Assembly (NCBI GenBank): GCA_017470585.1
Contig: JAFUYI010000009.1
Coordinates: 954 to 64,953, forward strand
Length of the DNA: 64,000 nt
Source of the DNA: Alphaproteobacteria bacterium
GTDB lineage: Bacteria; Pseudomonadota; Alphaproteobacteria; RF32; CAG-239
Direction: 5' to 3'
The position numbers and the translations under genes were made by a program. The notes below the pieces were generated by a model, which was not told the DNA's origin, ran no database searches, and was given only the letters and a program-made list of their open reading frames with translations. Positions 18,439-28,250 of this stretch are shown piece after piece (position 1 is the stretch's first letter; each line of letters starts with the position of its first letter).

Positions 18439-21400
18439 CTAGAACAGTTGCGGAACATCACTGCTGCCCGAAGACACACCGGACGAACGATTGGTTGTTA
18501 CGACGCCGGTACTCGGCGGAGGCGGAGGTGTTGCGCCGACGGCGGGTTTAGCTCCTCCCGAGGTCGCCGTATCATCTACCAAAGCCATTGCCGGCTGGGC
18601 ATCAGTTGAATCACCCTCATATACTACCGAAGATGAACCGCCGCCCTTGCCGAAGTTAGCCTTACGGTTAGCCTCATCGGCAGCACGCTGATTAGAGGTC
18701 TTTTTATCGTCAATCAAGACATCTTTATATTCTTCGTTGTCCGAACCGTCTGCGGCATTATCGGCTGTGCGCAGCCACAAATCAACTTTCGGGTAAACGA
18801 TAATGCGTGTCCCCGCCGGAATAAAGGTAATTGCACGGATATTTGAGCGGTCGGCCAAAATCTGGTTGAACATCGCTTTGGTATCATCCAAAAATCCTTC
18901 GCGGGCATCGTTCATTGCCTGTTGCTTTGAGGTTTCGTTTTCCGAATCCGAATTTTCATCAGTTGAGAACAAAATCGCCATACCGTTATTAGCCAAAGAA
19001 GTGGCAAACGGCATTGCATATTTTTTGACCAACTGGCGATCCAAATATCCCAGCACGCCGCCGCGTCCCTGTGCGTCGCCGGATTGCGCCGAACTGATGT
19101 CAAACATTACACCGTTGGGCATAATCAAACGATCCCATTGAATGGCAATACGCGCCGAGGCGGAAGCATCTTCGGCTCCAGAACCGCCGCCGCAGGAGCC
19201 TAGCAATCGGCTGCCCGCCGGAATAATTACGTTACGCCCGTCTTCGGCATAAACATTGCGCTCCACAAACGCCGTAACCGGAACTTCGTGTTCGGTGTCA
19301 ATCGAGCGGGCAATAACTGCCGGTATCGGCTTATCCGCCAAAATCATCATATCCATATCAACCGGCAGTGTGGAGATAACTTTTTTAACTCCCCAATCTT
19401 TCTGTTTGCCGTCAAAGGCTTCGCGGCTGTATGAAGTGCTGATCTTTCCGACTTCCATATTCTGCCGTCTTACACCTTGCGCAGCTGATAATGCTGCCGA
19501 ACGCTGCACATCATATCTTTCGCCGGGACCGAATCCGCCGCCGGGGCCTAAATTGCCGGGACCGTCTCCGGTGCCGTATGCACCGCCCTCACCGAATGTT
19601 CCGGCGGGAACGAAAATCTCTCCTTTGTCCGCTCCTTTTGCCGACTCCTCAATACCGATAAGAGAGCCTTGGTCATCAACCACCAAGCCGTCCGGCAACA
19701 ATTTTCCCAAAACTTTGCCCGACTTATTGATAACACTGCCGTCCTCCAAAATATCACCCAGATACTCGCCGTCCGGAGTAAGCGCAATATTTACCGAGCG
19801 TTTATAATCTTTTTCCTGAACTTTGATTGTTCCCACCTCGGGCAGCTTTTGTTCTACAACCGTGGGTTTTTCATACCAATCAAGTTTGGTATTGCCGATA
19901 ATCTGACCGTCATGGCTGACTGCCGAACCGTCCTGATTGAGCATACCGATAAAGTTGCCCTTGGCATCGACAATCTTGTTATCCGAACCGACATAACCTA
20001 TCACATTGCCTTCGGCATCATAAATAGGTCTTCTTTTTTCGGCTTCATAAAACTGCAAAGGCTTGGCGGTTGCAATAATCTGCCCGTCGGTTGCCTCAAT
20101 ATCGCCGGCAACCCCTAATGTACCTATTTGTTCGCCGCTTTTAGCAATTACCTTGCCGTCAAGGTTAAGCTCGCCTATTACCTCGTTTTGCTTGTTGCGG
20201 ATAAAGAAATCACGGTTGCCGCGGGCAAACATTTTAGAAGAATTATCAACGGCAAAGCCCTTTATCATTTTGCCGATACGCTGATTGGTAAATGAAATAA
20301 TACTGCCGTCTGAAGCAATGTAGCCAACCGCATTGTGTTCGTTGTTGTACATATACATATCATATAAGGCAAAGCCTATCGCATTACTGCCGGAGTTGAC
20401 ATTACCGTCAAAATCAACCGTTCCGAGCTTTTGACCGCGTCCGTCAATTACTTCACCTTGTTCATTGACAAGCCCCATGTACTTATTATTGTTATCAAAG
20501 GCATAACGATACTTAAACACCATTCCCGCCGCAGTTCCGGTTCTGGAATTAACCACATCATCAGGGGTGGCATAGCCGATATTCTGTCCGCTTTGGTTTA
20601 CCACACTGCCATCAATCAATGTACGTCCGATAATTTTGGAATCAAAATCAATAACCGGAAAAGTCTGCATCACAACTCCGATGAGTGCGCCTTGTTTATT
20701 GTGCAGACGGTTCTGCCAATCAACGCACCCTAAACTCTCTCCGGAATAATTTATCACTTTACCTTTGGAGCTGACCATACCGACAGTCTGCCCGCCGAAA
20801 TCCGTAACGGATCCCGGAACAATCGCAAAACCGACCACATTGCCGCCCTCGGAAATAACTTGCCGATTGGGTAAAACAATTCCCATGGACACTTCACGAT
20901 AATTTTTAACATCACCGCCGGGGGTTACGGTACCGATAAAATCACAGCGACCGTTAATAACAGGCATCAAACCCAGAACTTCTCCTATGCCTTCTCCGGC
21001 ATTATCCAAAACTATGCCTTGGGAATTTACCCTTCCGGCAACCGCTGCGCCCGCATCATAAATCAACCCTTGATTATCGGCATAGCCCAAGAGCATTCCG
21101 TCATAAGAAACCGCCGTTTTAGCTTGCAAAGCATATCCGATAACCGGCATATATGCACCTGCGGCAGTAGAAACCACACTGCCATCAGGCAAAATCTTGG
21201 CCAAGGGTTTTAAGTCTTGACTTAAAACCTGATTGCCATCGGCCAAAACGCCAAGACTGCCTCCGCGGAAATTAACCGCATACATCGGGTTCACACTGCC
21301 GCCGGAAAGTTTATTGTTCTTATCAATATCAAATCCGTATTGTGTCAATCGTCCGGATTGAACAGCACCGCGGTTGGTTATTTCCCCGTTGGGAGAAATT

Positions 21401-22755
21401 GCCCCGATAACCGTTCCGTTAAGAGAATAAATACCGCCAAGAGCAACCGTGTTACCGTCAATTCCTCCTTCGGGACTATAGACATATCCGAACGGAGAAA
21501 CAATCCTCTTTTCATCACTTTTACTCAAAACCGAGTTAATTCCCGTAACCCCCAACGGTTTGTTGTTGTCATCAACCACAACTTTGCTTTCCAAGGTGGC
21601 TCCGATTACCTTTCCGGAGCTGTTAAGGGCAAAATCTCCTCTCATAATTCCCAAAGGTGTGCCGTTGGGCAAAATCACCTGTCCGTTTTTAAGCGCGTGC
21701 GCCCGCAAAGCCCCCCGATAGTCAAAAATCGGACCGGAGGCAATAACTTTGCCTATTTGCTTGCCGTCGGCATCAAAAATCACATTCCACGGACCTATGC
21801 GCCCTACGATATTACGCCCGCGGGCAATTTTTCCCTCCGGCATAATGCGTCCCAAATATTTACCGGAAGAATCGGCGGCAGTAGCGGCAATATCTGCCAT
21901 AAATCCGATTGTATTGCCTCCGGTATCGGCAATACTGCCATCAATCTGCAAATACCCTATCAGTTTTTCGTTATTGATAACCTCGCCGTTATAAGTAACC
22001 AAACCGATATATTTTCCCGATATATCAAAAGCATAACCTGATTTAACTATACTTCCGATTACCTTATCGGCTTCATCATAAGCAAAACCGTTGGCCTTAA
22101 TGAAACCTATCTGTCTGCCTTCAAAATCGGTAACTTTTCCGCCCGGAGAAACACTGCCGATAAAACGCCCGACCGCATCAATAACCATTTTCGAGGAAAT
22201 TAACCGCCCCTCTAAAATAAAATCATTACCGGAACGTTTATAAGCATAGCCGTCCGGAGAAACAAAACCTATGGTCTGTCCTTGGAGGTTGGCATACATT
22301 CCATCTCCGGTCAAACGCCCTACTGTCTGCCCGTTATCGTCATAAATCAAGCCCGGAAACAAAACCGAACCCAAGATTTCAAATCTGTCATCAACCACCA
22401 AACCGTTAGGCAGAACTTTACCGATAATTTTTCCGGTTGAAAGGCGAACCGTACCGTCATTATTTACTTTACCCAACATACGGTTATCATTGCCAATGGC
22501 AATTCCCCGCGGAATAACACCGCCGATGAGACGACCATCAAAATCCACAATCAAGCTGTCGGCGGTGATATTGCCGATTAACTGATTTTCAAAGCTGACC
22601 ACTTTTCCGTCCGGAATAACCTTTCCGATTAAATCGCCGTTAAAGTCAATGGCCGTAATTTCCTGTGCCATTGCGACCGAAGAGTACAACATCAAAACCG
22701 CCGTTCCTAACAGGCGGGAAATTCTGCCGATTTTGACTTTTAACTTTCCCATCAA
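18439..22755 (-). CDS. virB10: VirB10/TrbI-domain T4SS core protein with ~1000-aa N-terminal tandem-repeat extension
   Basis: 1438 aa. N-terminal signal/TM (LLGTAVLMLYSSVAMA), then about 45 degenerate 20-22-aa repeats (DxxGxxIGxVxxxGxVxD). The C-terminal ~250 aa match the VirB10/TrbI beta-barrel domain (TLPVDMDMMILADKPIPAVIARSIDTEHEVPVTAFVERNVYAEDGRNVIIPAGSRLLGSCGG...IAIQWDRLIMPNGVMFDISS...AITFIPAGTRIIVYP). A Pro-rich C-terminal tail follows. Confidence 0.8.
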   Translation of the reverse strand: MMGKLKVKIGRISRLLGTAVLMLYSSVAMAQEITAIDFNGDLIGKVIPDGKVVSFENQLIGNITADSLIVDFDGRLIGGVIPRGIAIGNDNRMLGKVNNDGTVRLSTGKIIGKVLPNGLVVDDRFEILGSVLFPGLIYDDNGQTVGRLTGDGMYANLQGQTIGFVSPDGYAYKRSGNDFILEGRLISSKMVIDAVGRFIGSVSPGGKVTDFEGRQIGFIKANGFAYDEADKVIGSIVKSGYAFDISGKYIGLVTYNGEVINNEKLIGYLQIDGSIADTGGNTIGFMADIAATAADSSGKYLGRIMPEGKIARGRNIVGRIGPWNVIFDADGKQIGKVIASGPIFDYRGALRAHALKNGQVILPNGTPLGIMRGDFALNSSGKVIGATLESKVVVDDNNKPLGVTGINSVLSKSDEKRIVSPFGYVYSPEGGIDGNTVALGGIYSLNGTVIGAISPNGEITNRGAVQSGRLTQYGFDIDKNNKLSGGSVNPMYAVNFRGGSLGVLADGNQVLSQDLKPLAKILPDGSVVSTAAGAYMPVIGYALQAKTAVSYDGMLLGYADNQGLIYDAGAAVAGRVNSQGIVLDNAGEGIGEVLGLMPVINGRCDFIGTVTPGGDVKNYREVSMGIVLPNRQVISEGGNVVGFAIVPGSVTDFGGQTVGMVSSKGKVINYSGESLGCVDWQNRLHNKQGALIGVVMQTFPVIDFDSKIIGRTLIDGSVVNQSGQNIGYATPDDVVNSRTGTAAGMVFKYRYAFDNNNKYMGLVNEQGEVIDGRGQKLGTVDFDGNVNSGSNAIGFALYDMYMYNNEHNAVGYIASDGSIISFTNQRIGKMIKGFAVDNSSKMFARGNRDFFIRNKQNEVIGELNLDGKVIAKSGEQIGTLGVAGDIEATDGQIIATAKPLQFYEAEKRRPIYDAEGNVIGYVGSDNKIVDAKGNFIGMLNQDGSAVSHDGQIIGNTKLDWYEKPTVVEQKLPEVGTIKVQEKDYKRSVNIALTPDGEYLGDILEDGSVINKSGKVLGKLLPDGLVVDDQGSLIGIEESAKGADKGEIFVPAGTFGEGGAYGTGDGPGNLGPGGGFGPGERYDVQRSAALSAAQGVRRQNMEVGKISTSYSREAFDGKQKDWGVKKVISTLPVDMDMMILADKPIPAVIARSIDTEHEVPVTAFVERNVYAEDGRNVIIPAGSRLLGSCGGGSGAEDASASARIAIQWDRLIMPNGVMFDISSAQSGDAQGRGGVLGYLDRQLVKKYAMPFATSLANNGMAILFSTDENSDSENETSKQQAMNDAREGFLDDTKAMFNQILADRSNIRAITFIPAGTRIIVYPKVDLWLRTADNAADGSDNEEYKDVLIDDKKTSNQRAADEANRKANFGKGGGSSSVVYEGDSTDAQPAMALVDDTATSGGAKPAVGATPPPPPSTGVVTTNRSSGVSSGSSDVPQLF

Positions 22756-25700
22756 TTCCTCCGATTTTTAGCAACTTCCTGCAACGCATATCCGGCAACT
22801 CTCTTATCCAAATTGATAAACGAGCCGTTACTCTTCAGATAGCCGATGACTTTATTTTCGGTATCAATCACCATACCGTTGGCGTTTAATCTTCCGACAT
22901 AACGTCCGGTATTGCTCAATACCGTTGCACCGATTTTATAAATACGTCCCAAAATTCCCTCATTGGCATCAAGAGCCAAATCGGTTGAAAGACTGCGTCC
23001 GACAACCGCGCCGCCACTGTCAACAACCGAACCGTCGGCGGCAATATAGCCGACAACTTTATCTTCGCTGTTAATCACCAAGTCGCCGTCAACCACTTCG
23101 CCGATTAAACGTCCCGAACTGTTCAAAACATTGCCATCCGACAAAGCTCTGCCGATATTGATATTCAAAACATCCAAAACTTCGCCGTCGGGCATAACCG
23201 AACCGATAACTTTACCCGAAAAATCAATCACCGCGCCGCGTTTTAATAAACTCAAATTCTTATCGGTTGAACCGCCCGGAAGAATCGCAGTGATATTCTT
23301 GCCGTTCAAATCAATAACATCCCCCAATGAATTGATATGCCCTTTATAATTGCCCCAAACGTCAACCACGATTTCCTCGCCGATAACTTCGCCGACAATC
23401 GCTGATTTGTTATTCAAAGCCTTGCCGTCCGGAGTACTGCGTCCCACGGTTTTGCCGTCCAAATCAATGATTTTGCCGTCCGAGAGGCTGTAGCCCAAAA
23501 AAGAACCGTCATATCCTATTGCCGCACCGCGTTTAACCACGCCGCCTTTTACAACGCCCTGTTTGTCAAAATAATAACCTTTGGCATCTAAACGCCCCAG
23601 TTTCTCACCGAAACGATTGACAACCTCATTATTATATCCGACCATACCGATGACCTTGCCGGCAAAATCAATGACTTGACCTCGCAAAGCCGTAAATCCC
23701 GGCTTGCGGTTATAAAAGGCTGTTCCGTCCCCGTAAAACTTGCCGGCGGAAACTCCTTTGCCGTCATATACATTGCCGTCCGGGAACAAACGCCCGATAA
23801 CAGAACCTTTGTAATCAACTATTGTCGTCTTGGAAGGCATTGCCACACCGATAATTTTAGAGTTTTCATCAATTACGACATTATGAGCCAAAAGCCGTCC
23901 CGACGACTGCCCGCGGATAGGAACTCTGGCATTGGAATTAACCATATTCAGGAAGTTGCCTTCCAAATCATAAGCGTAAAGATTTTCCAAAACCCTGCCC
24001 AAATACGCGCCTTTTTTATCAAAAACATCTCCGTAAGTACCTACACATCCGACGGCTTGCCCCTGCGGTGATAAAACCAGACCGTTTTCCTCAACTTTGC
24101 CCAAGAAATTGCCGTCATAGGAAACCGCAATCCCCGAACGAGCCACACCGCCGATAATATCGCCTTTTTCATCCAAAACCGTACCATCAGGATTGACACA
24201 TCCGACATAGCTGCCGTTTTGGCGCACGATTCCGTCGGTTTCAACTTCACCGATTTTGGTACATGTATCATCAAAAACCGGTCCCAAAGTTACAACTTCG
24301 CCGATGTATTCTCCGGTATCGTCAATAATCACTCCGTCCGCATTGACTTTGTATTTCGTGGTGATATTTGCGGCCTTAATTGTGCCGTCTTTTTCAAGAT
24401 AGCCGATATTTTTGCATCCCTGTCCTACAACCAATCCTCCGCGGACAAGACGGGCGACAATCGTGGAACCGCTAGGGCTTTTAACCATACCGTTTGACTG
24501 TACGCGTCCGACAATCTGCTTGGCATCGTTTTCAACTGTTCCGTTATTGTTGACTTTACCCAAAACTTTACCCTGCGGAGTAATCGGAATCATCTGTTCT
24601 TGAATCAAACGTCCCAAAACATTCTGCGTATTATTGATAACTTGTCCGTTTTCATCAACATAGCCTATGACATTGCCTTCGGTATCAAAAACTTCTCCGT
24701 CCCGTCCGACATACCCCATAATCTTGCTGTTTTTATCCAGCAAAACATTGGCAAATCCGCCGACTTCGCCGATTTCATTGCCATCATTATCAACAATTTT
24801 TCCCGAGGGCATAAGCTTACCGATGGCATCGCCGTTGAAATTGACCACATTGCCGTTTTCATCGACATATCCCATAACGTTACCGTTTTTATCGTACGCC
24901 AACTGGCGCGACATTAACCCCGCTTGTCCGATAATTTGACCGTTTTCATCAACAATTGTACCGTCATCAAGCATTTTACCGATAATCTGACCGGAAAAAT
25001 CAACTACGTTACCATCTTCATCAACATAGCCGATAATATTGCCGTCCTTGTCATAGGCAAGACGTTTATTTGATCCGCCGTCGAGCTTACCGATAACATT
25101 TCCGAAAGCATCTATTATTGTGCCGTCATCTTTAAGCGAACCGATTTTCTTACCGTTATCACCGAAGACATTACCGTTTTCGTCAACATAGCCCATAACT
25201 TTGCCGTTCTTATCGTATGCCAAACGAAGATTATTGCCCTCGGTTGATTGTTTGGTTTTACCGATTACACGACCGTTTTTATCAACCACCGCTCCATCGG
25301 CACGGACTTTACCTATAACTTTGCCGTCATTGCCGATAACCTGACCGTCTTTGTCAACATAGCCGATAACTTTTCCGTTCTCATCGTATGCCAAGCGCGC
25401 AGCTTTGCTTTTGCCGGTCTTGCCGATTATTTTACCGTTTTCATCAATAATCTTACCATCAGCACGAACCCGTCCGATAATTTCACCATCGCTGCCTATG
25501 ACATTTCCGTTATCGTCAACATAGCCGATAACTTTCCCGTTTTCATCGTATGCCAAGCGAGCGGATTTAGAAGAAGCTTTCTTGGCTTTACCGATTATAT
25601 TTCCGTTTTCATCAATAACATTGCCGTTTTCATCTTTGCGCCCGATTACTTCGCCGTCAAAATTATAAACGTTGCCGTCTTCACCGACATAGCCTATAAT

Positions 25701-28250
25701 ATTGCCGTTTTCATCGTATGCAAGCTCATTTTTGCCCGATACACCGATAACATTACCGTTTTCATCGACAATCAAACCGTCCTCATTACGATGACCTATA
25801 ACTTCACCGTCAAAATTGCGGACATTACCGTTTTCATCAACATAGCCTATGACATTGCCGTTCTCATCGTATGCAAGCTCATTTTTGCCCGATACACCGA
25901 TAACATTACCGTTTTCATCAACAATCAAGCCGTCTTCATTGACACGACCGATTACCTCTCCGTCAAAATTATAAACATTGCCGTCCTCTCCGACGTATCC
26001 TATAACATTGCCGTTTTCATCATACACAAGTTCGTCACGAGAAGATGAGCCTATCACCTGTCCGTTTTCATCAACAATTGTACCGTCGGCATTAAGCTTG
26101 CCTATCTGCTTGCCGGTAAAATCATAAACATTGCCGTTTTCATCAATGTAACCGATAACATTGCCATCATTATCGTATGCCAAACGTTGCACCGGAGCCT
26201 TACCGATTATATTGCCGTCCTCATCTACGACATTTCCCTCATCATCAACACGGCCTATGATTTTGCCGTTAAAATCAACCACATTGCCGGCATCATCAAC
26301 ATAACCGATAATATTGCCATTATCATCGTATGCGACTTTTTGTTTTGAGGACATTCCTATAATATTGCCGTCATCATCAACAATTAACCCATCGGAACGC
26401 ATATGCCCGATTTTATTGCCGGCAAAATCATAAACATTGCCGTTTTCATCGATATAACCGATGACTCGACCATCTTTATCGTACGCCAAACGTTGCCCGG
26501 GAGCCATACCGATAACTTCACCGTTTTCATCTACAATCAAGCCTTCTTCATTTACCTGCCCGATGACATTGCCTTTCAAATCGTGCACTATGCCGTTGTC
26601 ATCAACATAACCGATAACGTGTCCGTCTTTATCGTAAGCCCAGCTTGATACTTTGGAATCAACATCACCCTCCGGTGCGGCACGTCCTATGATGTTGCCT
26701 TCTTCATCGATCAACATCCCGTTTTCAGCCATAATGCCGAGCTTTTTACCGCCCTCACCGATAACATTGCCGTTTTCATCAATGTAGCCGATAACGTGTC
26801 CGTCATTATCATAAGCCAATAACGCTCCCGAAGCCGTTAATTCGTTGCCGTCGTTATCAACGATTTTACCGTCGGGACGAGTGCGTCCGATAACATTGCC
26901 ATGAAAATCACGAACAGTTCCGTCATCATCAACATAGCCTACAACCTGTCCGTCCTTATTATAGACCATGCGCCGCGATATGCTCTTACTCGGAAGATTC
27001 TTATCAGCTATAACATTGCCGTCTTTATCAACACGTCCGACGACCTCACCGTTGGCATCGACCACCGTACCGTCAGGCATAACCACGCCGATAATGTTAC
27101 CGTCTTCATCAACCGCCACCCTTCCGGTTTTGGTAACATGACCGATAACCTGCCCGTTTTCATCTACGACTTCGCCTTTTTCATTGAGTCTGCCGATAAC
27201 TTGTCCGTTTTCATCAACCACTGTACCGTCCGGCATAACCCTGCCGATAATATTGCCGTCATCATCATAGACATATCCCATATCAACGGCATGACCGATG
27301 ATCGAACCGTTGGCATCAACCACCGTACCGTCAGGCATCATCTGTCCGATAACATTACCGTTTAAGTCAACGACACTGCCATCAGGATTGACATAACCTA
27401 TAACATTGCCGGAATCATCATAAACAAGCTTTCGGTTATTGGCAACACCGATAATGTTACCCTCACCGTCAACCACAAGACCGTTTTCGTTTACTCTTCC
27501 GATAACGTTACCGTTGGCATCATAGACATACCCTTCATCGTCGGCATAGCCGATAACCGAGCCGTCCGGCCCCACGATTGAACGTGAACGCGGCGATGCG
27601 CCTTTGGCGTTCTTTGATGCAACCGCCGCTCCGCCCAAATTGGTATCACAGAAATTGCAGTCCTCTTTGGTAACAGCATTGCCGTAAACGGGAACTTTCT
27701 CGGATTTGGCATTGGCTTGAGTTACGTTGCTCTCATGCCATGAAATGATAAAATTATTCTGCACATTGCCGGTTACAACCGGAACCCAGCTCATGGTAAC
27801 ATCACAGGTTTCCTTACCGCGCAGAACTTTACCGCTGCATTGATCATTGAATTTAAATCCGTCAAACGGTGTTTCCGCAAGCTGCACGGTCAAAATTGCC
27901 ACCGAGGCTTTACCGTTGGTGCCAATAGTTAAAACATTTTTAGCATCAGAACCGATAATCACCTGCCCCAAAGCGACAGGATTGGGAGTTGTGGTAATCG
28001 GCGGAACCCCCTCATCAACAGTACTGAACTCAATGCTTTCCTCTTGGGGAGCGGATTGAGTAACCACGTTTAGAGGATCGTCGTTGGAGGTAAACACCGG
28101 CTCGCTGTATTCGCTGATTTGATCATCACTTGAAAACAACAAATACAATCCGATGACAAAAATAACAAAAGAAGTTATACCAACCGCAAGAATTATGCGG
28201 TTGGTTTTTTTGATATAACTTTCAGAATGTGTTAAAACTTCTTTACTCAT
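22752..28250 (-). CDS. Giant membrane-anchored tandem-repeat protein (~1832 aa), same repeat type as the VirB10 N-terminus; translationally coupled between virB9 and virB10
   Basis: ORF 22752-28271. The likely start MSKEVL is at 28248-28250, forming an ATGA overlap with the virB9 stop. N-terminal TM helix (ILAVGITSFVIFVIGLYLLF), a ~190-aa non-repeat domain, then about 70 copies of DxxGNVIGYVDENGNVxDxxGxVIG-type repeats to the C-terminus. The stop overlaps the virB10 start (ATGA). Confidence 0.7.
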   Translation of the reverse strand: MSKEVLTHSESYIKKTNRIILAVGITSFVIFVIGLYLLFSSDDQISEYSEPVFTSNDDPLNVVTQSAPQEESIEFSTVDEGVPPITTTPNPVALGQVIIGSDAKNVLTIGTNGKASVAILTVQLAETPFDGFKFNDQCSGKVLRGKETCDVTMSWVPVVTGNVQNNFIISWHESNVTQANAKSEKVPVYGNAVTKEDCNFCDTNLGGAAVASKNAKGASPRSRSIVGPDGSVIGYADDEGYVYDANGNVIGRVNENGLVVDGEGNIIGVANNRKLVYDDSGNVIGYVNPDGSVVDLNGNVIGQMMPDGTVVDANGSIIGHAVDMGYVYDDDGNIIGRVMPDGTVVDENGQVIGRLNEKGEVVDENGQVIGHVTKTGRVAVDEDGNIIGVVMPDGTVVDANGEVVGRVDKDGNVIADKNLPSKSISRRMVYNKDGQVVGYVDDDGTVRDFHGNVIGRTRPDGKIVDNDGNELTASGALLAYDNDGHVIGYIDENGNVIGEGGKKLGIMAENGMLIDEEGNIIGRAAPEGDVDSKVSSWAYDKDGHVIGYVDDNGIVHDLKGNVIGQVNEEGLIVDENGEVIGMAPGQRLAYDKDGRVIGYIDENGNVYDFAGNKIGHMRSDGLIVDDDGNIIGMSSKQKVAYDDNGNIIGYVDDAGNVVDFNGKIIGRVDDEGNVVDEDGNIIGKAPVQRLAYDNDGNVIGYIDENGNVYDFTGKQIGKLNADGTIVDENGQVIGSSSRDELVYDENGNVIGYVGEDGNVYNFDGEVIGRVNEDGLIVDENGNVIGVSGKNELAYDENGNVIGYVDENGNVRNFDGEVIGHRNEDGLIVDENGNVIGVSGKNELAYDENGNIIGYVGEDGNVYNFDGEVIGRKDENGNVIDENGNIIGKAKKASSKSARLAYDENGKVIGYVDDNGNVIGSDGEIIGRVRADGKIIDENGKIIGKTGKSKAARLAYDENGKVIGYVDKDGQVIGNDGKVIGKVRADGAVVDKNGRVIGKTKQSTEGNNLRLAYDKNGKVMGYVDENGNVFGDNGKKIGSLKDDGTIIDAFGNVIGKLDGGSNKRLAYDKDGNIIGYVDEDGNVVDFSGQIIGKMLDDGTIVDENGQIIGQAGLMSRQLAYDKNGNVMGYVDENGNVVNFNGDAIGKLMPSGKIVDNDGNEIGEVGGFANVLLDKNSKIMGYVGRDGEVFDTEGNVIGYVDENGQVINNTQNVLGRLIQEQMIPITPQGKVLGKVNNNGTVENDAKQIVGRVQSNGMVKSPSGSTIVARLVRGGLVVGQGCKNIGYLEKDGTIKAANITTKYKVNADGVIIDDTGEYIGEVVTLGPVFDDTCTKIGEVETDGIVRQNGSYVGCVNPDGTVLDEKGDIIGGVARSGIAVSYDGNFLGKVEENGLVLSPQGQAVGCVGTYGDVFDKKGAYLGRVLENLYAYDLEGNFLNMVNSNARVPIRGQSSGRLLAHNVVIDENSKIIGVAMPSKTTIVDYKGSVIGRLFPDGNVYDGKGVSAGKFYGDGTAFYNRKPGFTALRGQVIDFAGKVIGMVGYNNEVVNRFGEKLGRLDAKGYYFDKQGVVKGGVVKRGAAIGYDGSFLGYSLSDGKIIDLDGKTVGRSTPDGKALNNKSAIVGEVIGEEIVVDVWGNYKGHINSLGDVIDLNGKNITAILPGGSTDKNLSLLKRGAVIDFSGKVIGSVMPDGEVLDVLNINIGRALSDGNVLNSSGRLIGEVVDGDLVINSEDKVVGYIAADGSVVDSGGAVVGRSLSTDLALDANEGILGRIYKIGATVLSNTGRYVGRLNANGMVIDTENKVIGYLKSNGSFINLDKRVAGYALQEVAKNRRN
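25000..26650. repeat. Near-identical intragenic tandem DNA repeats (~147-nt higher-order unit encoding ...VSGKNELAYDENGNVIGYVDENGNVRNFDGEVIG...)
   Basis: Protein residues ~560-900 of the giant ORF contain almost identical consecutive 47-49-aa blocks. The opposite strand yields long artefactual periodic ORFs (25248-26048, 26403-26648). Boundaries are approximate. Confidence 0.6.

Noticed and set aside
19256-22041. Plus-strand ORFs 19256-19807, 19669-20118, 21340-22041 inside virB10
   Set aside because: They are antisense to a well-supported 1438-aa ORF with a clear VirB10 domain. Their low-complexity translations are typical shadow ORFs.
25248-26048. Long plus-strand ORFs (25248-26048, 26403-26648, 26901-27365, 24600-24917) with periodic amino-acid repeats
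   Set aside because: They lie antisense to the 1832-aa repeat gene and arise from its DNA periodicity. They have no start context, and the sense ORF is uninterrupted and translationally coupled to its neighbours.
24900-26700. Possible CRISPR-like array, suggested by regularly spaced near-identical DNA units
   Set aside because: The units are in-frame coding repeats (47-49-aa blocks) inside one continuous ORF. There are no unique spacers or cas genes.
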